Assembly (NCBI GenBank): GCA_964550955.1
Contig: CAZKAF010000001.1
Location: forward strand, 99,951 to 163,950
Length of the DNA stretch: 64,000 nucleotides
Source of the DNA: an uncultured Candidatus Saccharibacteria bacterium
GTDB lineage: Bacteria > Patescibacteriota > Minisyncoccia > Phycocordibacterales > CAIZLB01
Direction of reading: 5' to 3'
Positions within the stretch are counted from its first letter, which is position 1, and the number at the start of each line of letters is the position of its first letter. The position numbers and the translations under genes were made by a program. Below, one piece after another: positions 44,562 through 54,285 of the stretch. The notes under the pieces were generated by a model. The model did not search any database. It worked only from the letters and a program-made list of their open reading frames with translations, and was not told the origin of the DNA.

Positions 44562-46137
44562 TTGAAGGATGAGAAGGCACGAAAGTGCCTTTTTGTCTTT
44601 GTGGCATAAGGGTATTATCTGGTTCGTAGCACTCTGAAAGCCTCGGCATCCATTCCACGAAATACTTAGCCAATAAAGTTAAATCCGACTTTATTTCTAG
44701 GCTGTTTTGCCAGAAGTTCGTAAACAATTGGTTGAACAAAACTCGCTTGTCGTCATTCTCTGCCATCTCATAGATTGCATCCGCGTTAAACGCCAATTCA
44801 TGGACAATGAGAGCTAGATTCTGGTACTCATCAGACTGATTATTAATACGAACCAGGGCGCTTTGGAAATTCTCTTCCTCAGCTGAAATATGGGCTATTT
44901 GGCGCTCACAGAATTCAAGCGGAACTGTACCTTCGAGCTTAGCCATATAAATTTTATCCTTCTTGGTTCGTATCATACCTAAGTGAGTGTTTAGACGATG
45001 AATTTCATTCTCGCGTTCTCCAATTTTCTCTTTGAACTCGCAACAAATAACATCCTCAATCCATTTGAGTAGGTCTTTGTTCTTGGGTGCAATTTTCTTG
45101 AATATGGGTCTAAGTTGCTCCTCAACCTTTTCTTCGCGGATATAGGTCTTTTTAGGGCATTTACGAGAGGTCAGGTGGTTATTGCAATGTCCGTACCAAT
45201 GACTCTTTTGCTTCTCCCAAGTCAAAGATTTGCCGCAGCCTTCACAGACAATCATTGTCTTGAATAGCGGGTTGTGAATATTGAATCGCGGCTGATTTAT
45301 CTTTCGCTTTAATATCTTCTGCACTTTATCAAATAGGTCTCTTCCAATTATTGGCTCATGCTTACCGCTGTATTTCTGGCTTTTCCATAAGAAAGAACCG
45401 TAATAGAAAGGGTCTTGAATTAAGACATGCAATCTCTTATGAAGAACTCTTTTTCCGCTTCTGGCGCGCAGACCACGACTGTAAAGCTCCTCTTCTAATT
45501 TTGTTAAAGAGTAGTTTCCAGTGGCGTATAAATCAAACATGTCGCGCATAAGCGGGGCAACACCCTTATCAATAACATGTATCTTCTTTCCCTTGTCTCC
45601 TATGGTCATATAGCCCAAAGGTGGTTTTGTTGGCAGCCAACCTTCAGCTATCTTTTCAACTTGCCCTTTCTTAACTTCTTCAGAAAGGTTAGCGATATAT
45701 TTCTTAGCTAATACGATTTCAATATCCCATCTGAACTTTTCATCAGACTTGGCATTTTTATGAATTACTAAGTTCTGTTTTACAAAGTGGATATATCTGT
45801 TTTCGTCTTGCTCAAGCCAATCATTAATAACAACAGCTTCCTTAAGATTTCTTGTAAGCCTGTCCACTTTCTCACAGAGTAAGTGAGATATATTATTCTT
45901 TACAAGAAATTCCATCATTTCCCCAAAGACCTTTCTTTGTTTCGAGCCGCTGGCGCTTTCAGCAATACAGAATTCTTTAATAAGGTTGAATCCCTTTTGG
46001 TCAGAACGTTCCTTTAGTAATTTACTTTGAGCGGGAAGGGAATAACCTGTTTCCTCCTGTTCTCTGGTAGAGACACGGCAGTACATGGCTGCGCGATTAT
46101 TCGCCCCAAGTGATGGGGCTTGTTTCTGGGTCTTCAT
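44548..46137 (-). CDS. large serine recombinase (integrase)
   Basis: N-terminal resolvase catalytic domain (AAMYCRVSTREQ). Recombinase domain. Zinc ribbon CEGCGK...CPKK. Coiled-coil. The last 4 codons overlap the tRNA 3' end. Confidence 0.85.
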   Translation of the reverse strand: MKTQKQAPSLGANNRAAMYCRVSTREQEETGYSLPAQSKLLKERSDQKGFNLIKEFCIAESASGSKQRKVFGEMMEFLVKNNISHLLCEKVDRLTRNLKEAVVINDWLEQDENRYIHFVKQNLVIHKNAKSDEKFRWDIEIVLAKKYIANLSEEVKKGQVEKIAEGWLPTKPPLGYMTIGDKGKKIHVIDKGVAPLMRDMFDLYATGNYSLTKLEEELYSRGLRARSGKRVLHKRLHVLIQDPFYYGSFLWKSQKYSGKHEPIIGRDLFDKVQKILKRKINQPRFNIHNPLFKTMIVCEGCGKSLTWEKQKSHWYGHCNNHLTSRKCPKKTYIREEKVEEQLRPIFKKIAPKNKDLLKWIEDVICCEFKEKIGERENEIHRLNTHLGMIRTKKDKIYMAKLEGTVPLEFCERQIAHISAEEENFQSALVRINNQSDEYQNLALIVHELAFNADAIYEMAENDDKRVLFNQLFTNFWQNSLEIKSDLTLLAKYFVEWMPRLSECYEPDNTLMPQRQKGTFVPSHPSMLPR

Positions 46138-46254
46138 GGTTGTGTTTGCAACCTTGGTTTGTCAGTGATATTCTTCGGGTATCACTTAACAACGAAAGTT
46201 GCTTTTGTGTGTTATCTAAAAGACCTCTTGCTTAGCCGCGGGGGTCTTTTAGTT

Positions 46255-46476
46255 TTAATTAAATAGCGTTAGTACAAGAATCAATACAGTAAAAGTGAGA
46301 ATCCATCCAAGTTTTCCGTATTTCTTTTCCCATTGGATATTTTCTTTGACAGCGTGCAACATTATTTCTTGTTCTGACATTTTGTAAACTTCCTTATAGT
46401 TTTCTACTTTGAACTTGGCTGAAATGGTAGCTTCCAAATCTTCGCGACTAGTTTTTTCTTCTTTTGTGATTGCCAT
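46255..46476 (-). CDS. small protein with C-terminal TM helix
   Basis: 73-aa ORF on the island. Confidence 0.35.
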   Translation of the reverse strand: MAITKEEKTSREDLEATISAKFKVENYKEVYKMSEQEIMLHAVKENIQWEKKYGKLGWILTFTVLILVLTLFN

Positions 46477-46701
46477 TGCTTTTCAATTAGGTTGATAACA
46501 AGGCAAACGAAAAAGCGACAGCCGTTGCCTTGCAACCCATACTGAAAGCACAAAGGCTCGCAATCTGGAAGGTCAGCTGCCGCTTTCTAGTCCAGATTGG
46601 TTGGACCACAGAAAAACAGCGCTGCCTTTGCGCGTAAATATTCAATATGGGTTGCTCTTACATTCTACCATACTGAATGAGGGTGGCAACTTGTGGCAAG
46701 G

Positions 46702-46875
46702 TCAGCCATCGTCTGATTTCTCCACTTCAGCATTAAAATAAGCCTCAAGTATCGTGGTCAATAGCTTAATCATGGAGGTCTCCTCAATAGCAGCAATCAT
46801 CTTAAGATTTTGGTGCAGCTTCTTGGGTATCCTCACAAGCACAGTCTTTTTGTTTTGATGTAAATTTGTATACAT
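46702..46875 (-). CDS. 57-aa ribbon-helix-helix (CopG/Arc-like) DNA-binding protein (not in ORF track)
   Basis: MYTNLHQNKKTVLVRIPKKLHQNLKMIAAIEETSMIKLLTTILEAYFNAEVEKSDDG. A beta-strand plus two helices, with the KxxLxRIPxxLHxxLK pattern. Confidence 0.4.
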   Translation of the reverse strand: MYTNLHQNKKTVLVRIPKKLHQNLKMIAAIEETSMIKLLTTILEAYFNAEVEKSDDG

Positions 46876-47555
46876 TTTGTTTTAGTCGCCCGACTTTTAC
46901 CTTCTAACCCCCTCCTGCGGGATGCAGTTGCTGGGTTTCTTTCTGTATCAGACGGATGCCTTTAGTGCAGCAGCTACCCTTAAGTATTGCTCATTTGTGC
47001 AATCACTTTTTCGAACTCTGCCTAAAGATGAAATGCTGCGGCGCTCTTCATTGAACTGGGCGAGAAGTCGTACACTCGTTTTCCCAGTTTTTCGCAAGAA
47101 CGTCTCAACACTCCTTGTTGTTTTTAACGCGCTCCCTCCTCAGTCGCGCCATTGTGTAAGTGATGAGTTTTACTTCTGCCCACACTTAATAGAAGGTTTC
47201 GTCTGAATTGTTCAAGGCTAAATTAATAGCCCTAAAGCCCCTTGGTGGTAAAGTCCCAAACACTAAGAGGCTTTAGGAGTATCAATCTTCTTGTTCTTTT
47301 GAAGTATCACAAATAAACCCAGATAAAACTGAGCCACTGATTGGGCTATTGTATTAAGTTCATCATCAGCAATGAATACACCTGCCTTTGCATTGATTTC
47401 TTTGAACTTCTGTATTTGTTCGGGTGTTAGCTTCACTCATTGAGAATATCAGTAACTCTTATACACTCTACATACACCCTCCCAAGTCTATATTCAGAAA
47501 ATAACCCTTATTTCAGGCTGTCATCAATTACTTATTAACATGTACAAGGAAAAAT

Positions 47556-48191
47556 CTAGATTAAAGTTATGTCTAAATCAATCGTGTAGCCTTCGCCTCG
47601 AATACCTCTTATTGGCTTTGCTCCAGTATTAAGGAGTTTTATTTTTTCCATTACTTTATTTGTCTTTGTGATTAGCTCGCCGACTCGAATTCCATGATTG
47701 CCGAATGCAGACTGAATATCCTTTGTTTTAAGTGGTCCGTCAGTGTTGGCGAATAAAGTAAGTAATCTATAACGTTGAGATTCTTTGCTTACAGTACCTA
47801 TCTTCGTATCATCCATATAAATAGCCCCCTCAGAGTCTATTTTTATCTTAGTCTTTTTTGTACCAGTATATTGAGCGGGGTCAAAAGTCTTTGTATTAAC
47901 ATCGACAGCGTAACTTTCTGCCAAACCAACTTCATCAATTAAAGAAATGTCATCTGTCTTGATTACAAAGCATCTCTTCTGAGTGCTGCCTTTTTCTTTT
48001 TCATAACAGCCATAACCATGCTTAAAATCCTCAACAATTCCTAGCTGTTTGAAATGAAGTAGAATTTCGTACACATCTTGTCTTGTAAGGTCTTTTTGCA
48101 GCTCAGATATGGAAATACCCAGAGTCTTGCCACCAAACTGCTGGTTCTGCTGTTGAAGATAACTGAGGATTGTTCGCTCGTCTGATTTCAT
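47556..48191 (-). CDS. hypothetical protein with N-terminal winged-helix-like region
   Basis: 211 aa. Start codon overlaps the track start of the divergent Xis-like gene. Confidence 0.45.
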   Translation of the reverse strand: MKSDERTILSYLQQQNQQFGGKTLGISISELQKDLTRQDVYEILLHFKQLGIVEDFKHGYGCYEKEKGSTQKRCFVIKTDDISLIDEVGLAESYAVDVNTKTFDPAQYTGTKKTKIKIDSEGAIYMDDTKIGTVSKESQRYRLLTLFANTDGPLKTKDIQSAFGNHGIRVGELITKTNKVMEKIKLLNTGAKPIRGIRGEGYTIDLDITLI

Positions 48192-48231
48192 GTATATTTA
48201 CAGTATAACTTGCCACAAGTTGCCAAACAAC

Positions 48232-48414
48232 ATGCCTTCAAAAACACCCCAATTTTATACCCTGAAAGAGGCTTCTGAATTACTCAAAGTAAGTGTAAGG
48301 AGTCTATACCGTTATATTCAGACCAAAAAGTTGGTGGCAACAAAGGTTGGCTATTGGCGAATAAGCAAAAATGACTTAGACAGTTTTATTAAGGATGGCT
48401 CAAACATTAAATAA
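48232..48414 (+). CDS. excisionase-family HTH DNA-binding protein (MerR-superfamily Xis-like)
   Basis: YTLKEASELLKVSVRSLYRYIQTKKLVATKVGYWRISKNDLDSFI. The ATG at 48232 is preferred over the track start 48190. Confidence 0.55.
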   Translation: MPSKTPQFYTLKEASELLKVSVRSLYRYIQTKKLVATKVGYWRISKNDLDSFIKDGSNIK

Positions 48415-50266
48415 AATGAAACTGTATCTTAAATCATTGGAGCTAACAAATTACCGTACTTTCGGTAGTGAAACCCTAGATATAGATAAAGAGATAACTC
48501 TTCTTGTCGGGGCTAATGAATCAGGCAAGACTAATCTTCTGGATGCACTAGAGCTGCTTGATGTTGAGAAGACATTTAATGATTCGGATACAAAAATTAA
48601 CTCTGAATACTCCGCAAAGAATTACGAGCCATATCTAAGTTATAGAATGGAGCTGACTGAAGAAATGCAAACTAAGCTTAAAAGGTATGCAAGATACTTT
48701 GAAAAGAATAACGAGGTTTTTATAAATCGTAATGGGAGCGATATTGACGATATAACAGTAGATACGGTAAATGACGTAAGCTATGATTTCCCAATTGCAT
48801 ATAGGAACGTATCAGATGTAGAACAGAAACTCATTAGCAAGAACGGCATTGTGGCTCTTTCCCCGCAGAGTTACACACTTACTTCCATTAATTATTTCAA
48901 GAACTCAAAACTTTTCAAAGACGGAAAGGTTATAAAGATTGAAGATAAAGAAAGAAACAGGCTCCTAACTGCAAAAATAAAAGAAATTGTCTTGGAAAAT
49001 ATGCCATCTGTGTTTCTCTGGAAGTATTCAGATGCCTACTATATTCCCAAAGATGTACCGATTGATTTTTATAATCAGAAGGACAAATTTCAGTCTGTAA
49101 TAAATCTCTTTAAGTTGGGGGACATAGATGAAGATAAGATTGTTACACACCTAACGAATAGAGACAGTGTATACATAATCAATTTTTTGAATACTTTGTC
49201 TAAGAAAGTATCACTTGTGCTGAATAACACTTGGAAACAGAGGAAAAATATAAAGCTCAATCTTCATTTTAAAGAAACTTGGATAGAGATTCTGGTAGAG
49301 GAGAAGGACTATCAAATTGACCCAAATAAAAGAAGTGAAGGGCTACAGTGGTATCTTTCGTTCCTTATCAATTTTCGTTCAAAACTACAGACTCTCAAAA
49401 ATAATATAATCTTGTTTGACCAGCCTGGAGACAAGCTTCATCCTGGCGGACAAAGAGACCTTATGGAAAGATTTGAAGAGATGGCTGAATTTAATCAGAT
49501 TGTTTATTCAACTCATACGCCGTTTACAATAAATAAGGATTATCCAGAAAGAGTTAGGCTTATAACTAGACCCGAGGATGACAGTAAGATTATCAACAGG
49601 CTAAGTAACAGAGAGATTTTTAAGGATGAGTTATTGAGAAGCTCACTTGGTTTAAGTTTGTCTGATGTATCTCCTGTGGCTGAGAAAAATATTCTTGTTG
49701 AAGGTTTGTTGGATAAGCTCATATTAACGGATTTTATAGAGAAATTGAAAAAGTTTAAGTTCAGTATCAAGCTGAACCAGTCTGTTATCATTCCAGCGCA
49801 CAGCGCTTCGAAGATTCTTTATTATGCTAATTTTATTAAATCAAACGGATTAGACGTTTTAGCGATATTTGATGGAGACGCAGCAGGGAAGGAGGCAATT
49901 GTAGAAAATAAAAAGAAGAAGGTTTTGGAAAGTAGGGAAATCTTACTAGTGTCTTTAGGCAAAGGGACTGCACAAACTATAGAAGACATTATCCCGATAA
50001 AAATTATTACTGATTCTATTAATGAAATAGGAGTGCTTATTGATAAAAATAAATTTACTCCAATTGCATTAACGACAACACCAGTAATGCCACTTATAAA
50101 GGGTCATTTCGCAAAACTTGGAATGGATTTTTCAGAATCAGATAAACATCTGTTTTCAATTAAGGTATTGGAAAAGTTTAAGAAGATGCCCGTTAAGGAA
50201 ACGGATTTAAAGGGTAGTCTGTCAGGACTCTATGAATTAGTTAAAGAAATAAAAAAGAAGTTATAG
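48395..50266 (+). CDS. OLD-family nuclease: N-terminal ABC-type ATPase + C-terminal TOPRIM domain
   Basis: P-loop LLVGANESGKTNLL. Walker B/D-loop ILFDQPGDKLHP. H-loop YSTHTP. TOPRIM ILVEGLLDK...IFDGDAAGKEA. Confidence 0.7.
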   Translation: MAQTLNKMKLYLKSLELTNYRTFGSETLDIDKEITLLVGANESGKTNLLDALELLDVEKTFNDSDTKINSEYSAKNYEPYLSYRMELTEEMQTKLKRYARYFEKNNEVFINRNGSDIDDITVDTVNDVSYDFPIAYRNVSDVEQKLISKNGIVALSPQSYTLTSINYFKNSKLFKDGKVIKIEDKERNRLLTAKIKEIVLENMPSVFLWKYSDAYYIPKDVPIDFYNQKDKFQSVINLFKLGDIDEDKIVTHLTNRDSVYIINFLNTLSKKVSLVLNNTWKQRKNIKLNLHFKETWIEILVEEKDYQIDPNKRSEGLQWYLSFLINFRSKLQTLKNNIILFDQPGDKLHPGGQRDLMERFEEMAEFNQIVYSTHTPFTINKDYPERVRLITRPEDDSKIINRLSNREIFKDELLRSSLGLSLSDVSPVAEKNILVEGLLDKLILTDFIEKLKKFKFSIKLNQSVIIPAHSASKILYYANFIKSNGLDVLAIFDGDAAGKEAIVENKKKKVLESREILLVSLGKGTAQTIEDIIPIKIITDSINEIGVLIDKNKFTPIALTTTPVMPLIKGHFAKLGMDFSESDKHLFSIKVLEKFKKMPVKETDLKGSLSGLYELVKEIKKKL

Positions 50267-50566
50267 ATTTAACTTATGTTTTAGAGAGGAAAATATCGCA
50301 CCTACCAAAAAGCCAGCCAGGACACCAATCATGAAAAGTACCACTCCTGCGGCGTATGGATTATTCACTAATTCATTGAATTTTTCAGGATTACTTTTGT
50401 TCATTTCTTGGTAAGCGGCAACAACGATGACACCCCAAAAAGCACTGAAGCCTAAATATTCAAAATCGCTTATTGTCTTTCTGGAACCGTTGCCTTTTCT
50501 GTAACCCCACACCAAGCCAAAGCCAGCCAGTATGATTAGAAAGTAAGTATATGTATCTATGTCCAT
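50261..50566 (-). CDS. small membrane protein (coordinates approximate)
   Basis: Three TM helices beginning MDIDTYTYFLIILAGFGL. The track ORF extends to 50695, but the upstream part looks non-coding. Confidence 0.3.
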   Translation of the reverse strand: MDIDTYTYFLIILAGFGLVWGYRKGNGSRKTISDFEYLGFSAFWGVIVVAAYQEMNKSNPEKFNELVNNPYAAGVVLFMIGVLAGFLVGAIFSSLKHKLNL

Positions 50567-50747
50567 AGTGGCACAAATACTACATTTCTTGCGGCGAAAA
50601 GCAACCTCACGGTGCATATTAAAGTTGAGTCTTGAAAGGGTGTAAAGAGTGCTTTGTGGTACAATTATGCTAACATCAGTACACCCTATGACCATCTCAA
50701 ATAATCAATGTTTGCTCACAAATTTTGTCCTTGTTCCAGTCAATTCC

Positions 50748-51350
50748 ATGGAGCCTGCAACTTTCTTTACTGATAAAATAAAGGCAAAGTTTGTGGAGAT
50801 TTATGGAGATTCCAGCAAGCCGACAATAACTCAATTTCCAGAGCTGTTGGTAATTTTTGATGCTGTAAATCAAATTAATGTTTCTATAGAAAGAGGAAAG
50901 GCTGTGATTACTGACAGTAAGGTAACCAATTTCAATCAACGAGACCTAAATAAGTTATCTCAGTTTGCACACTCTATATTTAATGTTTTAGAGTTAGGGA
51001 AGTTAAAAGCTTATGGCTTTAATACAATTTGCTTAATGGATTTAGAAGCGGGAACTAATTCTTCGAAGTTGTTAAGCGATAGCTTTTTAAAGCTTGATAA
51101 ATTTACTTCAAGTGAAGGGGAAATAATTGGCGGAGGTGTAAGATTAATTTATAAAAATGCCTCGTCTGTGAGGAATGACCTAAGAATTGACCCATTCTTT
51201 GCTGAAGGTTCCCTTGATGAGACAGAGACGATAAGAGTGAATCAGAATTCAAATTTTGATAAGCAGGTCTTGCCAGATTTATCAGAGTTACAAGGTTGTA
51301 TTTCAGATATTTACAATGCATTGCCAGTTTTAATTGGAAAGCTTATATGA
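50748..51350 (+). CDS. hypothetical protein (island cargo, gene 1 of 3)
   Basis: The ATG at 50748 is in frame with the track GTG start 50649. The stop overlaps the next start (ATGA). Confidence 0.45.
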   Translation: MEPATFFTDKIKAKFVEIYGDSSKPTITQFPELLVIFDAVNQINVSIERGKAVITDSKVTNFNQRDLNKLSQFAHSIFNVLELGKLKAYGFNTICLMDLEAGTNSSKLLSDSFLKLDKFTSSEGEIIGGGVRLIYKNASSVRNDLRIDPFFAEGSLDETETIRVNQNSNFDKQVLPDLSELQGCISDIYNALPVLIGKLI

Positions 51351-51775
51351 TTGAACATAATTTAATTAAAATCGTGACAAGCGATAATATTTCTGTGACT
51401 ACTCAGCCTATGGGTTTGGGGGTTGCCTTGTCAGACACATACATTATCGATACCTCAAAGTGTATTGATAATGTAACCCAATTTCAATATGTAGGCTCTG
51501 TTTCTGCCCTTACGACTAGTTTTACAATCACGCATAGAAACGACTCTGGTTTCAGTAATTCTGATTTAAAGAGATTAAACAAGATTGTATACAACTTTCA
51601 GGATACATTGCCTCATACAGTTATATTTGAAAAAGTTAAGAAATATGAACATCGTTTTAACTTAAAGTCTGAGGATTTTCACACAAAGTGGGAATTAGGA
51701 GAATTACCTGCGACCCCTGAATTTTATGACTGGAATAACTCCTACAAGACTTTAAATTTAAATGTCAGTAAGTAA
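51347..51775 (+). CDS. hypothetical protein (island cargo, gene 2 of 3)
   Basis: Translationally coupled; overlaps the next gene by 14 nt. Confidence 0.45.
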   Translation: MIEHNLIKIVTSDNISVTTQPMGLGVALSDTYIIDTSKCIDNVTQFQYVGSVSALTTSFTITHRNDSGFSNSDLKRLNKIVYNFQDTLPHTVIFEKVKKYEHRFNLKSEDFHTKWELGELPATPEFYDWNNSYKTLNLNVSK

Positions 51776-52244
51776 ACGTGTACAGTATATAAAAGATACT
51801 ATTAAAAGTTATAAAGATATTTTTGAATATCCAGAGGTGTCTTTAAATTCAGTAAAGACTAGCAATAATAGTATCTACTTTCCTCGGGAAGTTGATTTTG
51901 ATAAGGCTGAGGGTGCCGAATTGAAAGGGGGAGTCGGTTTCCTCTCTGTTTTTGAGGATTATGATGAAACCAATAAAAAAGTCAAAGGATATATTTATCG
52001 ATTTTCATCTGACGAATATACGTACCTAGTAGAACATAAAAAATCAAAAGAATGTGTAGATACATATTTTAATTTTCATTACCAGGATGACGATAAGCAT
52101 GAACCTCACGTTTCATTTCTCCACAATTCAATTCGATACAATTCTGCAAATATTCAACTGGATGAATTTCTTGATTTCGTTAAGAGAACCTTTATGGGTC
52201 CACGAAAAGGAATGAATTATAGAGTTTGGCATTCGAGGAATTAA
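51762..52244 (+). CDS. hypothetical protein (island cargo, gene 3 of 3)
   Basis: 160 aa; no family recognised. Confidence 0.45.
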   Translation: MSVSKRVQYIKDTIKSYKDIFEYPEVSLNSVKTSNNSIYFPREVDFDKAEGAELKGGVGFLSVFEDYDETNKKVKGYIYRFSSDEYTYLVEHKKSKECVDTYFNFHYQDDDKHEPHVSFLHNSIRYNSANIQLDEFLDFVKRTFMGPRKGMNYRVWHSRN

Positions 52245-52690
52245 TTCTGGGCTTTTTCCTCCTCTAAGAGCGGGTATCCTACCGTCTATCTAAAATAACG
52301 TTTAGGAAACTGCCAGTACCTAAATTTGAAAACCCTGAAATCCGCCATGCGTTGCTCGAAGGGTATGTACTTTTCTATCATATTTAATGATACGGTCTAT
52401 ACCCATGCTAATACTTTTGACACGCTCGCTCCATAATACTTACCAATCCCCAGGATTGCATGCGTATGTATCAGTATGACTATGTATATGTAAGGTTACT
52501 TAGCTGACTATCGCCAATAAAGTCCTTATTTGCTGTATCGAAACAGAAGGATGGGGGAAAACCTCATCCCATTTCATGGTTCGTATAACATCCCTCCATG
52601 CGAGCAGAAAAAGAAAGGGCGCCAGCAAAGCTGGTGCTTTTTCTTTTTCCTGTGACCTGGGTCAGCGATCGAATTTCGACGAAGGAGGGG

Positions 52691-52710
52691 CGATCCCTAC
52701 CGGGGGAGCA
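52691..52710 (+). repeat. attR: 20-bp direct repeat of the tRNA 3' end
   Basis: cgatccctaccgggggagca. Confidence 0.7.
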
Positions 52711-52791
52711 AAATAATACAATGCCAGACTGACCCGGATTTTGAGCTAAGACGAAAGTTTACTTAAGCCCGGGTCAGAGTATACTGACTAG

Positions 52792-53325
52792 ATGAATAAA
52801 TTACGTATAGCAGCGTTGCTCACGGGTGTTATCCTGGCGGGAGGTTTCTTTGCATTGAACTCGCATGTCTATGACGAAAAGCAGGCGGACACTACAGACA
52901 ATTACCAAGATGCCGAATACCTGATCGAAGGCGAGCACATGAAAATTGGAAGCAATGTCCATTATTTCGGCAATGAGCTCAAGGCCGACCTTGATGGTGA
53001 TGGTCGGGATGATGTCGTCTTTCTCATTACTCAAGAGGGCGGCGGTTCGGGCACCTTTTTCTATGCGGTAGCTGCGCTTAATACTGATCGTGGCTACATC
53101 GGCTCGGCCGGGTTTTTTTTGGGTGATCGGATAGCGCCGCAGAGCACGAATATAAGCCAAAATCCACGGCACAAGCATGTCATTGTGGTGAACTATGCCG
53201 ATCGCGCGGCAGGTGAGCCGATGACCGCGCAACCCTCGGTGGGCAAGAGCGTTTATTTGAAACTTGATCCTATGAGTATGCAATGGGGCATTGTCGAGCC
53301 AGATTTTGAAGGCGAATCTCGCTAG
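52792..53325 (+). CDS. secreted hypothetical protein (DLDGDGRDD Ca-binding/FG-GAP-like segment)
   Basis: N-terminal signal/TM, 177 aa. Confidence 0.5.
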   Translation: MNKLRIAALLTGVILAGGFFALNSHVYDEKQADTTDNYQDAEYLIEGEHMKIGSNVHYFGNELKADLDGDGRDDVVFLITQEGGGSGTFFYAVAALNTDRGYIGSAGFFLGDRIAPQSTNISQNPRHKHVIVVNYADRAAGEPMTAQPSVGKSVYLKLDPMSMQWGIVEPDFEGESR

Positions 53326-53422
53326 AACTTTAACTAGGCAAGGCCTAGACGGATAGATTAAGCATATATATTTCCAAGGTTCCGATATCCCGTACCATGT
53401 CGAGTGGGTATTGACTAAAATA

Positions 53423-53508
53423 AAGAAACATGGTATTAATATGCCAGGTTCTTCATGTTATATGGGTAGCGGCTTTGAAAGGAAGCCCTGGTGTCCCAAA
53501 CCTTACAC
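53423..53508 (+). promoter_or_regulatory. conserved intergenic element, copy 1 (degenerate palindrome + 35-nt motif ending 18 nt before ATG)
   Basis: aagaaacatggtattaatatgccaggttctt ... gcggctttgaaaggaagccctggtgtcccaaaccttacac. Confidence 0.5.
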
Positions 53509-53526
53509 CTAAAGGATAGTTATTAT

Positions 53527-54051
53527 ATGCACATTGTTATGTTGGTCATGTTTGCCGTTGTGTCGCTCACGTTGCTGGGCGTGGTGGTTCTGATTGCAAA
53601 GGAAAGGCTTCGGGATCTCGGACATTTCATAAACGTCTGCGTCTTGGCCACGTTCGTCTGTGGAAACCTGATTTCCAATGCGGTCTTCTGGACTCTTCAC
53701 GTGGATTCGCTCTTGGTGCCGCTCAAAGAGCAGTTTCGAATGGCATCTGCGACGGAACCGAGGCATCGGTACGCTGCAAGTGACAGGGGATCAACTCTTG
53801 ATTACGGCGGCAGATTGGACCGCATCGTCCAAGAGAGGGACGCTCTTACCAAAGAGATGGGCCTGATCGGGATTGGGGTAAGCTGGCACACCGACGGGGA
53901 CTCAGTCAGTTCCGTTGGAATTTACCTCCATGCCGGATTCCTTGCTATCTTTTCAGTGCCAGTCATCCTTCTCGCGTTGCTGGTCTGGCTCACCAAGGGG
54001 TCGCGCCAAGCGTATTGGCGCAGAAAAGATGCGCGCCGCCCGCTGGCCTGA
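53527..54051 (+). CDS. hypothetical membrane protein
   Basis: The ATG at 53527 is chosen because the track GTG start 53491 lies inside the conserved upstream element. Confidence 0.5.
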   Translation: MHIVMLVMFAVVSLTLLGVVVLIAKERLRDLGHFINVCVLATFVCGNLISNAVFWTLHVDSLLVPLKEQFRMASATEPRHRYAASDRGSTLDYGGRLDRIVQERDALTKEMGLIGIGVSWHTDGDSVSSVGIYLHAGFLAIFSVPVILLALLVWLTKGSRQAYWRRKDARRPLA

Positions 54052-54059
54052 CAATACCG

Positions 54060-54112
54060 CCTCCTGGCGACAAGAAAAACCTCTTGTCGTGACAGGGCAG
54101 GCGGTTTTTTTT
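54060..54112 (+). terminator. rho-independent terminator
   Basis: CCGCCTCC..CGACAAGA-aaaacc-TCTTGTCG..GGCAGGCGG followed by T8. Confidence 0.6.
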
Positions 54113-54285
54113 ATTTATATTCATCAAGGCTCTGACATCTCTCAGCCCTCTGAGCAAAGCGGGCAAGATGTAATATCCCTCCGGCGTTACCGTCAGCATA
54201 GAATCTCGTTTTACATCCCTGAGTGGATAGTATTATAATATAGCCGAGAACCAATATAAGTATAATAATAAGTATAATAAAAAAT

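Larger units (their letters stand above)
44542..52710. mobile_element. ~8.2-kb integrative element inserted at the tRNA 3' end, AT-rich relative to flanks
   Basis: Bounded by a 20-bp direct repeat. Serine recombinase gene abuts and overlaps attL. Contains an Xis-like gene and defence-type cargo. Confidence 0.65.

Noticed and set aside
50567-50695. N-terminal 43 aa of track ORF 50261-50695 (-)
   Set aside because: This part is hydrophilic and Cys/Arg-rich and lies in the intergenic space before the next plus-strand gene. The hydrophobic protein plausibly starts at the internal Met. My nucleotide indexing here was inconsistent by 1 nt, so the coordinates are approximate.
53491-53526. GTG start at 53491 for the membrane-protein gene
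   Set aside because: The N-terminal extension would be encoded by the conserved upstream intergenic element shared with two other genes. The ATG at 53527 keeps the 18-nt spacing seen in all three copies.
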